From contig CAVVEU010000033.1 in NCBI GenBank assembly GCA_963747235.1, positions 128,001 to 192,000 on the forward strand: a stretch of DNA of 64,000 nt, in the 5' to 3' direction. The position numbers and the translations under genes are program-made. The stretch's first letter is position 1; every line of letters starts with the position of its first letter. Of the stretch, positions 40,865 to 50,788 are shown one piece after another. Under the pieces are notes generated by a model. That model saw nothing but the letters and a program-made list of their open reading frames with translations. It was not told the DNA's origin and searched no databases. This DNA comes from an uncultured Candidatus Rokubacteria bacterium. GTDB lineage: Bacteria; Methylomirabilota; Methylomirabilia; Rokubacteriales; CSP1-6.

Positions 40865-42256
40865 TCATCGCATGGTGGCCAGCGGTTCTCCGATCAAGGC
40901 CCAGTACGGAATCGCGACGGCGAGAACGACTACTGCGGCGAGCGCGGTCATCAGGAGGCCGAAGCCGAAGATCTCGCCCGCGGTGAGGTGCCCGCGCTCG
41001 TAGACCACCAGCGACGAGGCGGCCTGCGCCGGATAGTAGAGAACCGCGTCGCCCGCGATCGTGACGATGAGCCCGCAGAGGATGGGGTTCAGGCCGGCGG
41101 TGGTGCCCACCGACATCGCCACCGGGATCGTGGTCGCGAGGAAGCCGGTGATGTTCGGGATCAGGAGCCGCACCACCGCGGAGGCGACGAGCAGCACCCC
41201 CACCACCATCCAGGGCGAGTCGGCCACCGAGCGGGCCGTCCCGACCACGCCGCCGGCCAGCCACGCGCTCGCGCCGGAGCGCGAGAGCGCCGTGGCCAGG
41301 GACAGCGACGACGCGAGGACGAAGAAGTTCGCCCAGCCGACTTCCTGCTCGAACTGCCGCCAGGTCATCACGCCCACGACGGGCATCAGGAAGAACACCC
41401 ACGCCAGCAGGGCGGGCAGCGTGGGATGCCAGTGGTGGATGGAGTCGGTCAGCCAGAGCAGCCCCGCGCCCGCGGTGATCAGCGCGGTGCGCCACTCGAC
41501 GGCGGAGAGCGGGCGCGGCTCGGACCGGGGCGGCACCTGCACCAGGGTCTGGAAGCCGTGGCGGTAGCGCAGGTAGATCGCGGCGGCGGCGAGGCTGATC
41601 AGGGCCAGGTACGGCACGCTCATCAGCACGAACCAGCGCGTCCACGAGATCGTGCCGATCAGGCCGGCGGCCACGATGGGCGTGATGCCGCCGGTCAACA
41701 ATATCGTGGACGACAGGCGGTTCACCGAGTTCAGCACCAGCATGATGGCGCGGGCGAGCGGCGCGCCGGGCGGCACGCGGCCGAGCGTGAAGGCCTGGTC
41801 GTAGACGTGGACGAGGATGCCGGTGCGCGTGGTCGCCGACGGGAGCAGCAGCGTGAGCACGGGCAGCGCGAGCAGCAGGTGCGCGTAGAGCGCGCCGGCC
41901 CGACCCCGCCCGCGCGCGAGCAGCAGATGCGCCACCCGCTCGGCGAGGCCGCTCCGCGCCACCGCCACGCCCAGGGTCAGCACGCCGATCAGGAAGTAGG
42001 CGATGGGATCCGCGAAGCCCACCAGGCCCTCGCGGATGCTCGGCACCGCGTGGGTGAAGACGAGCGCCATGATCGCCACCATGCCGGTGACGCCGGGGGG
42101 GAGCGTCTCGAAGCCCCAGAGCCCGATGGCGAGCACGATCACGGAGAGAACGCGCTGGCCCTCCAGGCTCAAGCCTTCGGGCGAGGGCGCCGCCAGCACC
42201 GCCAGGCTTCCGAGGAGCGGAATCAGCCAGCGGAAGGCGAACAGTGGGCGGCGCAC
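40865..42256 (-). CDS. SLC13/DASS family anion transporter
   Basis: Highly hydrophobic; LLPSATTR, LLTGGITP, GEIFGFG motifs. Confidence 0.85.
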   Translation of the reverse strand: MRRPLFAFRWLIPLLGSLAVLAAPSPEGLSLEGQRVLSVIVLAIGLWGFETLPPGVTGMVAIMALVFTHAVPSIREGLVGFADPIAYFLIGVLTLGVAVARSGLAERVAHLLLARGRGRAGALYAHLLLALPVLTLLLPSATTRTGILVHVYDQAFTLGRVPPGAPLARAIMLVLNSVNRLSSTILLTGGITPIVAAGLIGTISWTRWFVLMSVPYLALISLAAAAIYLRYRHGFQTLVQVPPRSEPRPLSAVEWRTALITAGAGLLWLTDSIHHWHPTLPALLAWVFFLMPVVGVMTWRQFEQEVGWANFFVLASSLSLATALSRSGASAWLAGGVVGTARSVADSPWMVVGVLLVASAVVRLLIPNITGFLATTIPVAMSVGTTAGLNPILCGLIVTIAGDAVLYYPAQAASSLVVYERGHLTAGEIFGFGLLMTALAAVVVLAVAIPYWALIGEPLATMR

Positions 42257-42272
42257 CCGCCGAGAATACTAC

Positions 42273-42446
42273 CTACCAGCGGCCGCGGTCGTAGTAGCGC
42301 GGCGCGTACGGGTAGGCCGGATAGCCGGGGTAGCTGTAGGTGTAGCGCGGCCGCGGAGGCGGCGGCGCGTAGCCGAACGGGACGAGCGGCACGATGGCAC
42401 AGCCGGCCAGCAGCAGCGCGGCCAGTGGAATCCAGAACAGTCGCAT
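42273..42446 (-). CDS. Small Tyr/Pro-rich lipoprotein (57 aa)
   Basis: MRLFWIPLAALLLAG-CAIVPLVPFGYAPPPPRPRYTYSYPGYPAYPYAPRYYDRGRW; LAGC lipobox; GAGGAGGA RBS; below the ORF-track cutoff. Confidence 0.8.
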   Translation of the reverse strand: MRLFWIPLAALLLAGCAIVPLVPFGYAPPPPRPRYTYSYPGYPAYPYAPRYYDRGRW

Positions 42447-42546
42447 GACGGTGTCCTCCTCGCCCGATCAGACGAAGGAGGCCGTCGCGAATATTCCTTT
42501 GTTTGCGTGTACACGCGCGGCCGGGCGGCCGCGTCTAACGAGATCG

Positions 42547-43737
42547 CTAGGGCTGCTCGCCGAGCACGATGACGCCGGCCGCGGCCAGGCGATCGATCTC
42601 CTCGCGCGCGAGCCCGAGCTCGCCGAGCACCTCGGCGGTGTGCTGGCCGAGCAGCGGCGCGGGACGATCGATGCGCGGCGGCGTGCCGGAGGCGCGGCCC
42701 GGGAACGTGAGCATCTTCACCTTGCCCGCGCCGGGCTGCTCCACCTCGGCCACGAGCCCCAGGTGGCGCACCTGCGGGTCCTCGAAGACCTCGTGGAACT
42801 CGTAGATGGGGCCCGCCGCGATGCCGCCCGCCTCGAGGCGCGCGACCCACTCGGTGGCGGAGCCCGTGCCCAGGATCGCCTCCACGCGCGCCTTGAACGC
42901 CGGATGATTGGCAAGCCGTGCCTGGTTATCGGCGAAGCGCGGATCGGTCTCCATGCCGGGATCGCCCAGCGCCTGGCAGAAGCGGCCCCACTGCTCGGGG
43001 TTCAGCAACACCACGTTGACGAAGCCGTCCTTGGCCTGGAACGCCTCGGCGGGCGAGAGGTTCAGGTTGCGGTTGCCTGCGCGCTTGGGCCGCTCGCCGG
43101 TGTCGAAGTAGATCGCGGTCGGGTCGGGCAGGAGCCCGAGGCTCGCCCCGACCAGGCTCACGTCCACGTGCTGGCCTTCCCCGGTGCGGAAGCGATGCAC
43201 GAGCGCGGCGTTGACCATGCCGAAGGTCATGTAGGACGCGGCCACGTCGGAGACCGAGCCGCCCACGCGCGTCGGCGGATCGCCGGGCATGCCGGTGAGC
43301 GCCATGAGCCCGCTCATGCCCTGCGCGATCGTGTTGTAGCCGGGCTTGCGCGCGAGCGGGCCGGTCTGGCCGAAGCCGGTCACCGAGGCGTAGACCACCG
43401 CCGGATTCGCCGCGCGCACCGCCGCGTAGCCCAGGCCGAGCTTCTCGGCCACGCCGGTCAGGAAGTTCTCGATGACCACGTCCGCGCGCCGCGCGAGGTC
43501 GAAGGCGAGCCGGGCGCCCTCGGGCTTCTGCAGGTCCACCGCGATCCCGCGCTTGTTGCGATTGACCGCGGCGAACGACGCGCTCATCCGGCCGCTGCCG
43601 CGGAGCGCGCGCAGGTCGTCGCCGCGGCCGGGCCGCTCCAGCTTGATGACGTCGGCGCCCAGGTCGCCCAGCAGGGCCGCGCAGTAGGGGCCGGCGATGA
43701 CGCGGGAGAGGTCGAGGACGCGGATGCCCTGGAGCAT
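42547..43737 (-). CDS. CoA-transferase family III (CaiB/BaiF)
   Basis: GIRVLDLSRVIAGP, LGADVIKLE, NRNKRG, ADVVIENF, PAPLLGQHT. Confidence 0.93.
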   Translation of the reverse strand: MLQGIRVLDLSRVIAGPYCAALLGDLGADVIKLERPGRGDDLRALRGSGRMSASFAAVNRNKRGIAVDLQKPEGARLAFDLARRADVVIENFLTGVAEKLGLGYAAVRAANPAVVYASVTGFGQTGPLARKPGYNTIAQGMSGLMALTGMPGDPPTRVGGSVSDVAASYMTFGMVNAALVHRFRTGEGQHVDVSLVGASLGLLPDPTAIYFDTGERPKRAGNRNLNLSPAEAFQAKDGFVNVVLLNPEQWGRFCQALGDPGMETDPRFADNQARLANHPAFKARVEAILGTGSATEWVARLEAGGIAAGPIYEFHEVFEDPQVRHLGLVAEVEQPGAGKVKMLTFPGRASGTPPRIDRPAPLLGQHTAEVLGELGLAREEIDRLAAAGVIVLGEQP

Positions 43738-43793
43738 GGCGGCCCGGGCATGGTGCCGCGTCCGGAGGCCCGGAGTCAAGGCGCGGGCATAGG

Positions 43794-43822
43794 TTGACGT
43801 GAGGCCCGCCGGTGGCTAGGCT
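43794..43822 (+). promoter_or_regulatory. Sigma70-type promoter
   Basis: TTGACG-17 nt-TAGGCT upstream of ATG 43869. Confidence 0.5.
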
Positions 43823-43868
43823 CTGTCCACACGCGAGTAGTGACCCGGTACCGGCCAAAGGGGGCGTC

Positions 43869-45011
43869 ATGCGCTACCAACGGATCTCCGCCGACTGCCA
43901 CATCGACCTGCCCTGGATCCCGCCCGATCTGTTCACCGCGAACGCCTCGGCGGTGCTGAAGGACCGCATGCCCTTCGTGAAGGACGGCCCCGACGGCCCG
44001 TTCTGGACCGCCCGGAACGGCACCAACTTCGGCCTCTGGGGCGGCGTGGGCCCGGCCGGATCCAAGTACGAGGCCGGCAAGCATCACCGGGTGGACGTCA
44101 TGGCGGCTACCGGTCTTTACGATGACGGCCGGAAGGGGATCGCCCGTCCGACCACTCCGGCGCTGCGGGCGAAGGACATGGACCGCGACGGCGTGCAGGC
44201 GGAGGTCATCTACGGCATCCTGGGCGCGGCCACGCGGCTGAACGACCACGAGGCCGCCACCGAGATGTTCCACATCTACAACGACTGGCTCGTGGACTTC
44301 TGCGGCCACGACCCGGACCGCTTCATCGGTCTGGCCTGCCTGCCCTACGGCGACATCGACGCCGCGGTGCAGGAGGTCTACCGCGTGGCCAAGCTCGGCC
44401 TGCGCGGCATGGAGCTCTCCTGCTCCTGGGACATGGAGCCGATGTGGCACCCGTCGTGGGAGCCGCTCTGGAAGGCGGTCAACGACGTGAACCTCCCGCT
44501 GCACTTCCACACCTTCCCGGCCCTGGCGCCCTCGGTGCTGGAGAAGCAGACCGGCCTCACGCGGCGCGCCGCCTTCTTCACGGTGGTCTCCGCGTTCCAG
44601 ATGAACCTGGTCAACATCCTGGCCGCGATCATCGGCGCCGCGGTGCTCGAGCGCTATCCGAACGTGCGCATCGCGTTCGGCGAGAGCGGCATCGGCTGGG
44701 TCCCCTACGCGCTCGACCGCATGGACTTCGAGTGGGAGGACCGCTTCCACGATCTCGGCCTCAAGATGAAGCCGAGCGACTACTGGCGGCGCCAGTGCAA
44801 GGCCACCTTCCAGTTCGACCGCATCGGCACCAAGCTGATCGACGACATGGGCGTGGAGACGCTGATGTGGGGCTCCGACTACCCGCACGGCGACGGCGTG
44901 TGGCCCGACTCCTCCAAGTACATCGCCGAGCAGTTCGGCCACCTGCCCGCCGACGTCATGCACAAGATGACCTGCGAGAACGCGGGGAGGTTCTACGGCC
45001 TGATCAAGTGA
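43869..45011 (+). CDS. Amidohydrolase_2 family protein
   Basis: ISADCH, DMDRDGV, LHFH, ESGIGW, MWGSDYPH. Confidence 0.92.
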   Translation: MRYQRISADCHIDLPWIPPDLFTANASAVLKDRMPFVKDGPDGPFWTARNGTNFGLWGGVGPAGSKYEAGKHHRVDVMAATGLYDDGRKGIARPTTPALRAKDMDRDGVQAEVIYGILGAATRLNDHEAATEMFHIYNDWLVDFCGHDPDRFIGLACLPYGDIDAAVQEVYRVAKLGLRGMELSCSWDMEPMWHPSWEPLWKAVNDVNLPLHFHTFPALAPSVLEKQTGLTRRAAFFTVVSAFQMNLVNILAAIIGAAVLERYPNVRIAFGESGIGWVPYALDRMDFEWEDRFHDLGLKMKPSDYWRRQCKATFQFDRIGTKLIDDMGVETLMWGSDYPHGDGVWPDSSKYIAEQFGHLPADVMHKMTCENAGRFYGLIK

Positions 45012-45739
45012 AGTTCTCGAGGACCTCCTGTCACTCCGCGAGTGGCAGACGCACGCGGAGGTGTACGGCAACGCCCTCGCGGAGTGCCGGCTCGCCGACG
45101 AGCTGGGCTTTCACACGATCTGGCTGGCCGAGCACCACTTCTCGCCCTACGGCATCGTCCCCTCGCTGGCCCCGCTCGCGGGCGCGCTCGCGCGGGAGAC
45201 GCGGAGGGCCCGCATCGGCACCGCGGTGGTCATCGCGCCCTTCGAGCACCCGCTGCGGATCGCGGAGGAGTGGGCCGAGATCGACATCCTCTCGGGGGCC
45301 GCCTCGAGTTCGGCCTCGGCCGCGGGTACCAGCCGAACGAGTTCCACGGCCTCGGCGCCTCGATGGTGGACACCCGCCAGCGCTTCGACGAGGAGCTCGA
45401 GATCATCCGCCGCGCCTGGACCCAGGACGAGATGACCTTCGACGGCGCCTTCTACACGGTGCCGCGGGTGCGGGTCAACCCGAAGCCGGTCCAGAAGCCG
45501 CACCCGCCGCTCTGGACCGCGGCGGTCTCGCCGGATACGTACACGCTGGCCGCGAAGCGCGGGCTCAGGCCGCCATCGCGGGCGACGCCGAGGAAGTCGC
45601 CGACAAGGTCCGCCTGCACAACGAGGCGCTCGGCATCACCCACTACATGGGCGCCTTCTCCCGCGGCGGCCTCGCCCACGAGAAGGTCACGCGCTCGATG
45701 CGCCTGTTCGCCGAAAAGGTGATGCCTCGCTTCGCCTAG
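45008..45739 (+). pseudogene. Degenerate LLM-class oxidoreductase (frameshifts and apparent internal deletion)
   Basis: WLAEHHFSPY, DILSG/GRLEFGLGRGY, PHPPLWTA, SMRLFAEKVMP in three frames; about 240 codons in total, jumps from AKRGL directly to AIAGDAEEV. Confidence 0.65.
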
Positions 45740-46629
45740 GCTTTCTCCACCGCCGGGCGGATGGTGCCTGTCACCAGCTCCAGGAGCTCTAGCATCTTCG
45801 GCAAGTCGTCGCGGCGGAAGTCGATCATGACGTGGCTCAGGCCGAGCCGCTTGTAGCCGGCGAGCTCGTCGATGGCCTGCTGGGGCCCGCCCGCGATCAG
45901 GGTGTCGGGCAGGCTGTAGCGCACCGAGATGTCGATCGTCTTCATGTCGCGCTTGTGCTGCTCCGCGACCTTGGCCAGGCGGCCCAGGCCCTCGCGGAGC
46001 TGGGCCGGGTCCTTGGACGTGGCGTGCCAGCCGTCGCCCAGCGTGACCACGCGGCGGAACGCGCCCGGGCTGTCGCCGCCCACCCAGATCGGCGGGTGCG
46101 GCTTCTGCACCGGCTTGGGCGCGAAGCCCAGCTCGCGGAAGCGGAAGAACTCGCCGTCGAGGCGCGGGTTGTCCTCGGTCCAGAGCGCCTTGAACGCGCG
46201 GAGGATCTCATCGCCGTGGCGGCCGCGGGCGTGGAAGGGCACGCCGAGGATCTCGAGCTCCTCCTTCCACCAGCCGACGCCCACGCCGCAGATCAGCCGG
46301 CCATTGGAGAGCGCGTCGATGCTGGTGAGCATCTTGGCCATCACCACCGGGTGGCGGTGGCCGAGGATGAAGACCGAGGCGCCGAGGCGCGCGCGGCTCG
46401 TGAGGACCGCGGCGGCGGCCAGCACGGTCACCGGCTCGAGATAGGGCTTGTCGGGCGGATGCGGGAAGCGCCCGCCCGGATAGCTGCCGGTGGCGGAGCG
46501 CGGGAAGATGACGTGATCGCTCACCCACAGCGAGGCGACGTGGCGCTGCTCGGCCTCGCGGCAGAAGCGCTGAAGGGCCTCGCCGGTGGCCAGGGGCCCC
46601 TGGTTGGGAAGATGGCAGCCGATGTCCAT
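45736..46629 (-). CDS. LLM-class probable F420-dependent oxidoreductase
   Basis: WVSDHVIFP, GVGVGWWKEE, PHPPIWVGG, GDGWH; paralog of 16145-17083. Confidence 0.9.
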   Translation of the reverse strand: MDIGCHLPNQGPLATGEALQRFCREAEQRHVASLWVSDHVIFPRSATGSYPGGRFPHPPDKPYLEPVTVLAAAAVLTSRARLGASVFILGHRHPVVMAKMLTSIDALSNGRLICGVGVGWWKEELEILGVPFHARGRHGDEILRAFKALWTEDNPRLDGEFFRFRELGFAPKPVQKPHPPIWVGGDSPGAFRRVVTLGDGWHATSKDPAQLREGLGRLAKVAEQHKRDMKTIDISVRYSLPDTLIAGGPQQAIDELAGYKRLGLSHVMIDFRRDDLPKMLELLELVTGTIRPAVEKA

Positions 46630-46657
46630 GAATCGCTCCTCTTGAACGCACCGGTCC

Positions 46658-46686
46658 TTGAACCGGCGGGCGGGTCCTACTATTCT
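46658..46686 (+). promoter_or_regulatory. Sigma70-type promoter
   Basis: TTGAAC-17 nt-TATTCT upstream of the VOC gene. Confidence 0.45.
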
Positions 46687-46746
46687 CTAGCGCGGCACCG
46701 AGCGCGGCAGCGACACCGACGATACCTCAGCCGAAAGGACACCGCC

Positions 46747-47140
46747 ATGCCCTACCGGATCAATCACATCCATCTGAAGGCCTCCGACCCCCGCAAGACC
46801 GCCGACTGGTACGTGAAGGCCTTCGCGTTCAAGATCCTGTCCGACGAGACGCGGGTCTTCGGCGACCGCTTCGTGCGCTGTCAGAGCGAGGACGGCACCC
46901 CGGTGAACATCTCGGGCGCGCGCTCCAACGAGACGCTCGGAGCGGGCGACGCCAAGGCTCATCACGGCCTCGAGCACTTCGGCTTCGACTCCGAGAACCT
47001 CGAGGCCGACATCAAGCGGCTGGAAGGCCTGGGCGCGAAGCTGCTGGAAGGGCCGATCCAGAACCCCGGCGGCGCCTCGTATCTGCTTCGTGCAGGCGCC
47101 GGACGACGTGCGCGTCGAGCTGGTCGAGCGGAAGAAGGCA
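46747..47140 (+). CDS. VOC/glyoxalase family protein (frameshift near 47075; 3' end uncertain)
   Basis: INHIHLK, GLEHFGF, then other frame ICFVQAPDDVRVELVE; GAAAGGA RBS. Confidence 0.8.
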
Positions 47141-47179
47141 ACATCGCCGGCGGCTGTTGCTGAGATGGATGGCATCCAG

Positions 47180-47959
47180 ATGGAGCTTCAAGGTCAGGCC
47201 GCGATCGTCACCGGCGCGGGGCGCAATATCGGCCGCGCCATCGCGCTGGAGCTGGCGGGCATGGGGGCCGACATCGTGGTCGCCGAGATGGACGAAGCCA
47301 CCGGCAAGCGCACCGCGGATGAGGTGCGCAAGCTCGGGCGGCGGGCCCTCGCCCTCCGCACCGACGTCACCCGCATGGCCGATCTGCAGGCGATGGCCGA
47401 TCGCACGGTGGGCGAGTTCGGACGCATCGACATCCTGGTCAACAACGCGGGCATCCACCGCTCCGCCCACACCGCGGACGTGACCGAGGACGACTGGGAC
47501 CGCCTGCTCGCGGTCAACGCCAAGGGGGTCTTCTTCGCGAGCCAGGCGGTGCTACGCCACATGGTCAAGGCAAGGCGCGGCAACATCATCAGCCTGGCCT
47601 CGATGGCGGGCAAGATCGGGCTCAAGACCTCGCTGGTCTACGGCATCACCAAGGCCGCGGTGATCAGCATGACCAAGAGCCTGGCCCTGGCCCACGCCGC
47701 CGACGGCATCCGCGCCAACTGCGTGTGCCCCGGCATCGTGGAGACGGACATGATCTTCCAGATCGACCGGGAAGCCGGCGAGAAGCTCTTCGGCCTCAAG
47801 CCCGGCGAGTACCTCAAGCAGCGCGTGGAGCAGATCCCGCTGGGCCGCATCGAGACCGCGGAGGACGTGGCCAACCTCGTGGGCTTCCTCGCCTCCGGCA
47901 AGTCGTCCTACATGACCGGCCAGGCCATCAATGTCACCGGTGGCCTCGTGATGCACTAG
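47180..47959 (+). CDS. Short-chain dehydrogenase/reductase
   Basis: TGAGRNIG, LVNNAG, YGITK, PLGRI, MTGQAINVTGG. Confidence 0.92.
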   Translation: MELQGQAAIVTGAGRNIGRAIALELAGMGADIVVAEMDEATGKRTADEVRKLGRRALALRTDVTRMADLQAMADRTVGEFGRIDILVNNAGIHRSAHTADVTEDDWDRLLAVNAKGVFFASQAVLRHMVKARRGNIISLASMAGKIGLKTSLVYGITKAAVISMTKSLALAHAADGIRANCVCPGIVETDMIFQIDREAGEKLFGLKPGEYLKQRVEQIPLGRIETAEDVANLVGFLASGKSSYMTGQAINVTGGLVMH

Positions 47960-47980
47960 CCCTTGCCACCGGAGACCCTC

Positions 47981-49597
47981 ATGACCCGACGCTCTCTGCC
48001 GTCCGTGATCCTCGCGATCCTGATCCTGGTCACGGCGGCTCTCTTCGCCACGCCCGCGAGCGCCCAGAGCGGCAAGCCCAAGCGCGGGGGGATCCTCAAC
48101 TCGGTGCTGACCGAGGACCCGCCGGGACTGCTCGTCCACGAGTCGGCCACCATCTCCAACGTCTGGCCGATGTCGCCGTGCTACTCGAACCTCGTCATCT
48201 TCGACCCGCTCAAGCCGCTCGACAGCGCGGAGACGGTCATCCCCGAGCTCGCCGAGCGGTGGTCGTGGCAGGACAACTTCCGGAACCTCGTCTTCTTCCT
48301 CCGGAAGAACGTGACGTGGCACGACGGCAAGCCGTTCACCGCCCGCGACGTCAAGCACACCTTCGACATGGTCCGCGAGGCGCCGGACAGCGCAGCCAAG
48401 ATGCGCACGAGTCCGCGCAAGGACTGGTACGCGAACGTGGAGGCCATCGAGACCCCGGAGCCGCACACGGTGGTGTTCCGGCTCAAGCGGCCGCAGCCGT
48501 CCCTGCTCCTGATGTTCGCCTCGGGCTACTCCCCGGTGTATCCGGCCCACGTGCCGATCGCCGATCTCCGTCAGCGCTGCGTCGGCACCGGGCCCTTCCG
48601 CCACAAGGAGTACCTCCGCGGCCAGCTCATCGAGCTGGAGCGCAACCCGAGCTACTTCGTGCCCGACCGGCCCTATCTCGACGGCATCCGCTACACCATC
48701 ATCCGGGAGCGGGGGACGCGCCTGGCCGCGCTCCAGGCGGGGCGCATCGACGCCTTCATGCCGCTCGAGATGACGAAGGCGATGGCCGACGCGGCCAAGG
48801 CGCAGGCCCCGTCGCTCGTCATCACCGAGGTCGGGCAGAACGGTAGCGACAACGTGATCCTGAACCACAAGCGCGCCCCGTTCGACAATCCGGCGGTGCG
48901 CCAGGCCGTCAACCTCGCGCTCGACCGCAACGCCTACGTGCGGGGCGTCCGCCAGAACGGCGCGGTCACCGGCGCCGCCCTCATGCCCAGGCCGCTCGGC
49001 TTCTGGGGGTTGCCCGACGCGGAGCTCCGCACGCTGGCCGGCTACCGGGACCCCGCCAAAGACAAGGCGGAGGCCAAGCAGCTCCTCGCGAAAGCCGGCT
49101 ACGGGCCCGACAAGCCGCTCCGGGTGGACCTCGTGACCCGGACGCTGCCGATCTACCTCGACCTGGCGTCCTTCGTGGTGGACCAGCTCCGCCTGATCGG
49201 GATGGAGGCGACGATCAAGCAGCTCGACACCGCGGCCTGGTTCCCGGCCCTCTCCCGGCGCGACTTCCAGATCGGAGCCAACCTCACCGCGGGCGGCTTC
49301 GACGATCCGGACGCCTACCTCTTCGAGAACTACAAGTGCGGCTCGCCGCGGAACTACACCGACTACTGCAGCGAGGAGATGGAGCGGCTGATCGACCAGC
49401 AGTCGCAGGAGCTCGACCGCGCCAAGCGGCTCAAGCTCGTGGCCGACATCCAGCGCAAGCTCGAGGCCGACGTGGCGCGCCCCATGCTCGGCTGGCGCAA
49501 GGAGTACTTCGCGCGGTGGCCGCACGTGAAGAACCTGGTGCCTCACAACGCGCTCTACAACTACGGCCGCATGCAGGAGGTCTGGCTCGACAAGTAG
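47981..49597 (+). CDS. Orphan ABC family-5 substrate-binding protein
   Basis: Signal peptide, PKRGGIL, LRKNVTWHDG, VGTGPF, VRQAVNLALDR. Confidence 0.92.
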   Translation: MTRRSLPSVILAILILVTAALFATPASAQSGKPKRGGILNSVLTEDPPGLLVHESATISNVWPMSPCYSNLVIFDPLKPLDSAETVIPELAERWSWQDNFRNLVFFLRKNVTWHDGKPFTARDVKHTFDMVREAPDSAAKMRTSPRKDWYANVEAIETPEPHTVVFRLKRPQPSLLLMFASGYSPVYPAHVPIADLRQRCVGTGPFRHKEYLRGQLIELERNPSYFVPDRPYLDGIRYTIIRERGTRLAALQAGRIDAFMPLEMTKAMADAAKAQAPSLVITEVGQNGSDNVILNHKRAPFDNPAVRQAVNLALDRNAYVRGVRQNGAVTGAALMPRPLGFWGLPDAELRTLAGYRDPAKDKAEAKQLLAKAGYGPDKPLRVDLVTRTLPIYLDLASFVVDQLRLIGMEATIKQLDTAAWFPALSRRDFQIGANLTAGGFDDPDAYLFENYKCGSPRNYTDYCSEEMERLIDQQSQELDRAKRLKLVADIQRKLEADVARPMLGWRKEYFARWPHVKNLVPHNALYNYGRMQEVWLDK

Positions 49598-49619
49598 CCC
49601 GTCGACGCCATCGCGAGCC

Positions 49620-50681
49620 ATGGACTTCGGCATCGTTCACGCCAAGATCGACGAGATCGGCTACATCACCCACGCCGAGAACCTCGGCTTCTCGCACTGC
49701 TGGGTCACCGACAGCCAGATGATCCGGTCCAACTGCTGGGCGGTGCTGGCCCTGGCCGCCCAGCAGACGCGCCGGATGCGCCTCGGCACCGGCGTGAACG
49801 TGCCGGGGCTGCGGCTCGCGCCGGTCGCGGCCAACGGCATCGCCACCATCAACCGTCTGGCGCCCGGCCGCTGCTTCATCGGGCTCGGCACCGGCCACAC
49901 CGCGATGCGCACGCTCGGCCAGAAGCCGATGCGCCTCGGCCCGTTCAAGGAGTACGTGCAGACCGTCCGCGCCCTGCTCCGCGGCGAAGAGGTCGACTAC
50001 ACGTTGAACGGCGAGACGCACCCGATCCGCTTCCAGATGCGCGAGCACCGCTTCATCGACCTCGACCACCCGATCCCGGTCTACATCGCGGGGTTCGGCC
50101 CGAAGGCGCAGGCCCTCGCCGGCGAGCTGGGCGACGGGCTCATCTCCGGCATGCCGCGCGGCGGGACGGTGCCGGAGATGCTCGCCAACGCGCGCCGCGG
50201 CGCCCAGAAGGCCGGGCGCGCGCTGCCCAGGGATTTCCACACCTCGGCCATGGTGAACGTCGCCCTGCTGCAGCCGGGCGAGACGGCCAACTCCGAGCGG
50301 ATCATCGCGGAGTGCGGCGCGGCGGTGATCACGGGGTTGCACTACCTGGTCGCGCACCACCTGGAGACCGGCGCGGAGCCGCCCGCCTACGCGCGGCCGG
50401 TGTGGAAGGGCTATCTCGACTGGCTCAACCAGGCGCCGCCCGAGGTCCGGCACCAGCGCCTGCACGGCAGCCACTACAGCTTCGTGGACCCGGAGGAGGC
50501 CCGCTTCCTCACCCCGGAGCTGATCGAGGCCACGTGCCTCACCGGCGCGCCCGAGCGCATCGTGGAGCGGTTGAAGGAGCTCGAGAGCCAGGGGCTGAGC
50601 CAGATCATGCTCTACCCGCCGCTCAACCGGCAGTACCGCGTGATCGAGGACTTCGCGGATCGGGTGATGGCGAAGCTGTAG
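49620..50681 (+). CDS. LLM-class oxidoreductase (Mer-like subgroup)
   Basis: AENLGFSHCWVTDSQ, LGTGV, GLGTG, IPVYIAGFGPK..AGELGDG. Confidence 0.9.
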   Translation: MDFGIVHAKIDEIGYITHAENLGFSHCWVTDSQMIRSNCWAVLALAAQQTRRMRLGTGVNVPGLRLAPVAANGIATINRLAPGRCFIGLGTGHTAMRTLGQKPMRLGPFKEYVQTVRALLRGEEVDYTLNGETHPIRFQMREHRFIDLDHPIPVYIAGFGPKAQALAGELGDGLISGMPRGGTVPEMLANARRGAQKAGRALPRDFHTSAMVNVALLQPGETANSERIIAECGAAVITGLHYLVAHHLETGAEPPAYARPVWKGYLDWLNQAPPEVRHQRLHGSHYSFVDPEEARFLTPELIEATCLTGAPERIVERLKELESQGLSQIMLYPPLNRQYRVIEDFADRVMAKL

Positions 50682-50788
50682 GCGGATCGCCCCTCGGCGC
50701 CCGGGCTCCCAGGGCACATCTGGTACCATCGATCTCGTCGTCCAACGATCACATACGTTCGAGGCGCGCGTGCGCCGGGAGGATGGGC

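Noticed and set aside
36521-42448. Very long ORFs (1002 aa at 36521-39529 minus, 1486 aa at 37988-42448 plus, 928 aa at 35108-37894)
   Set aside because: Real genes extended by antisense or off-frame read-through; stop codons are scarce at this GC content and frameshifts extend them further
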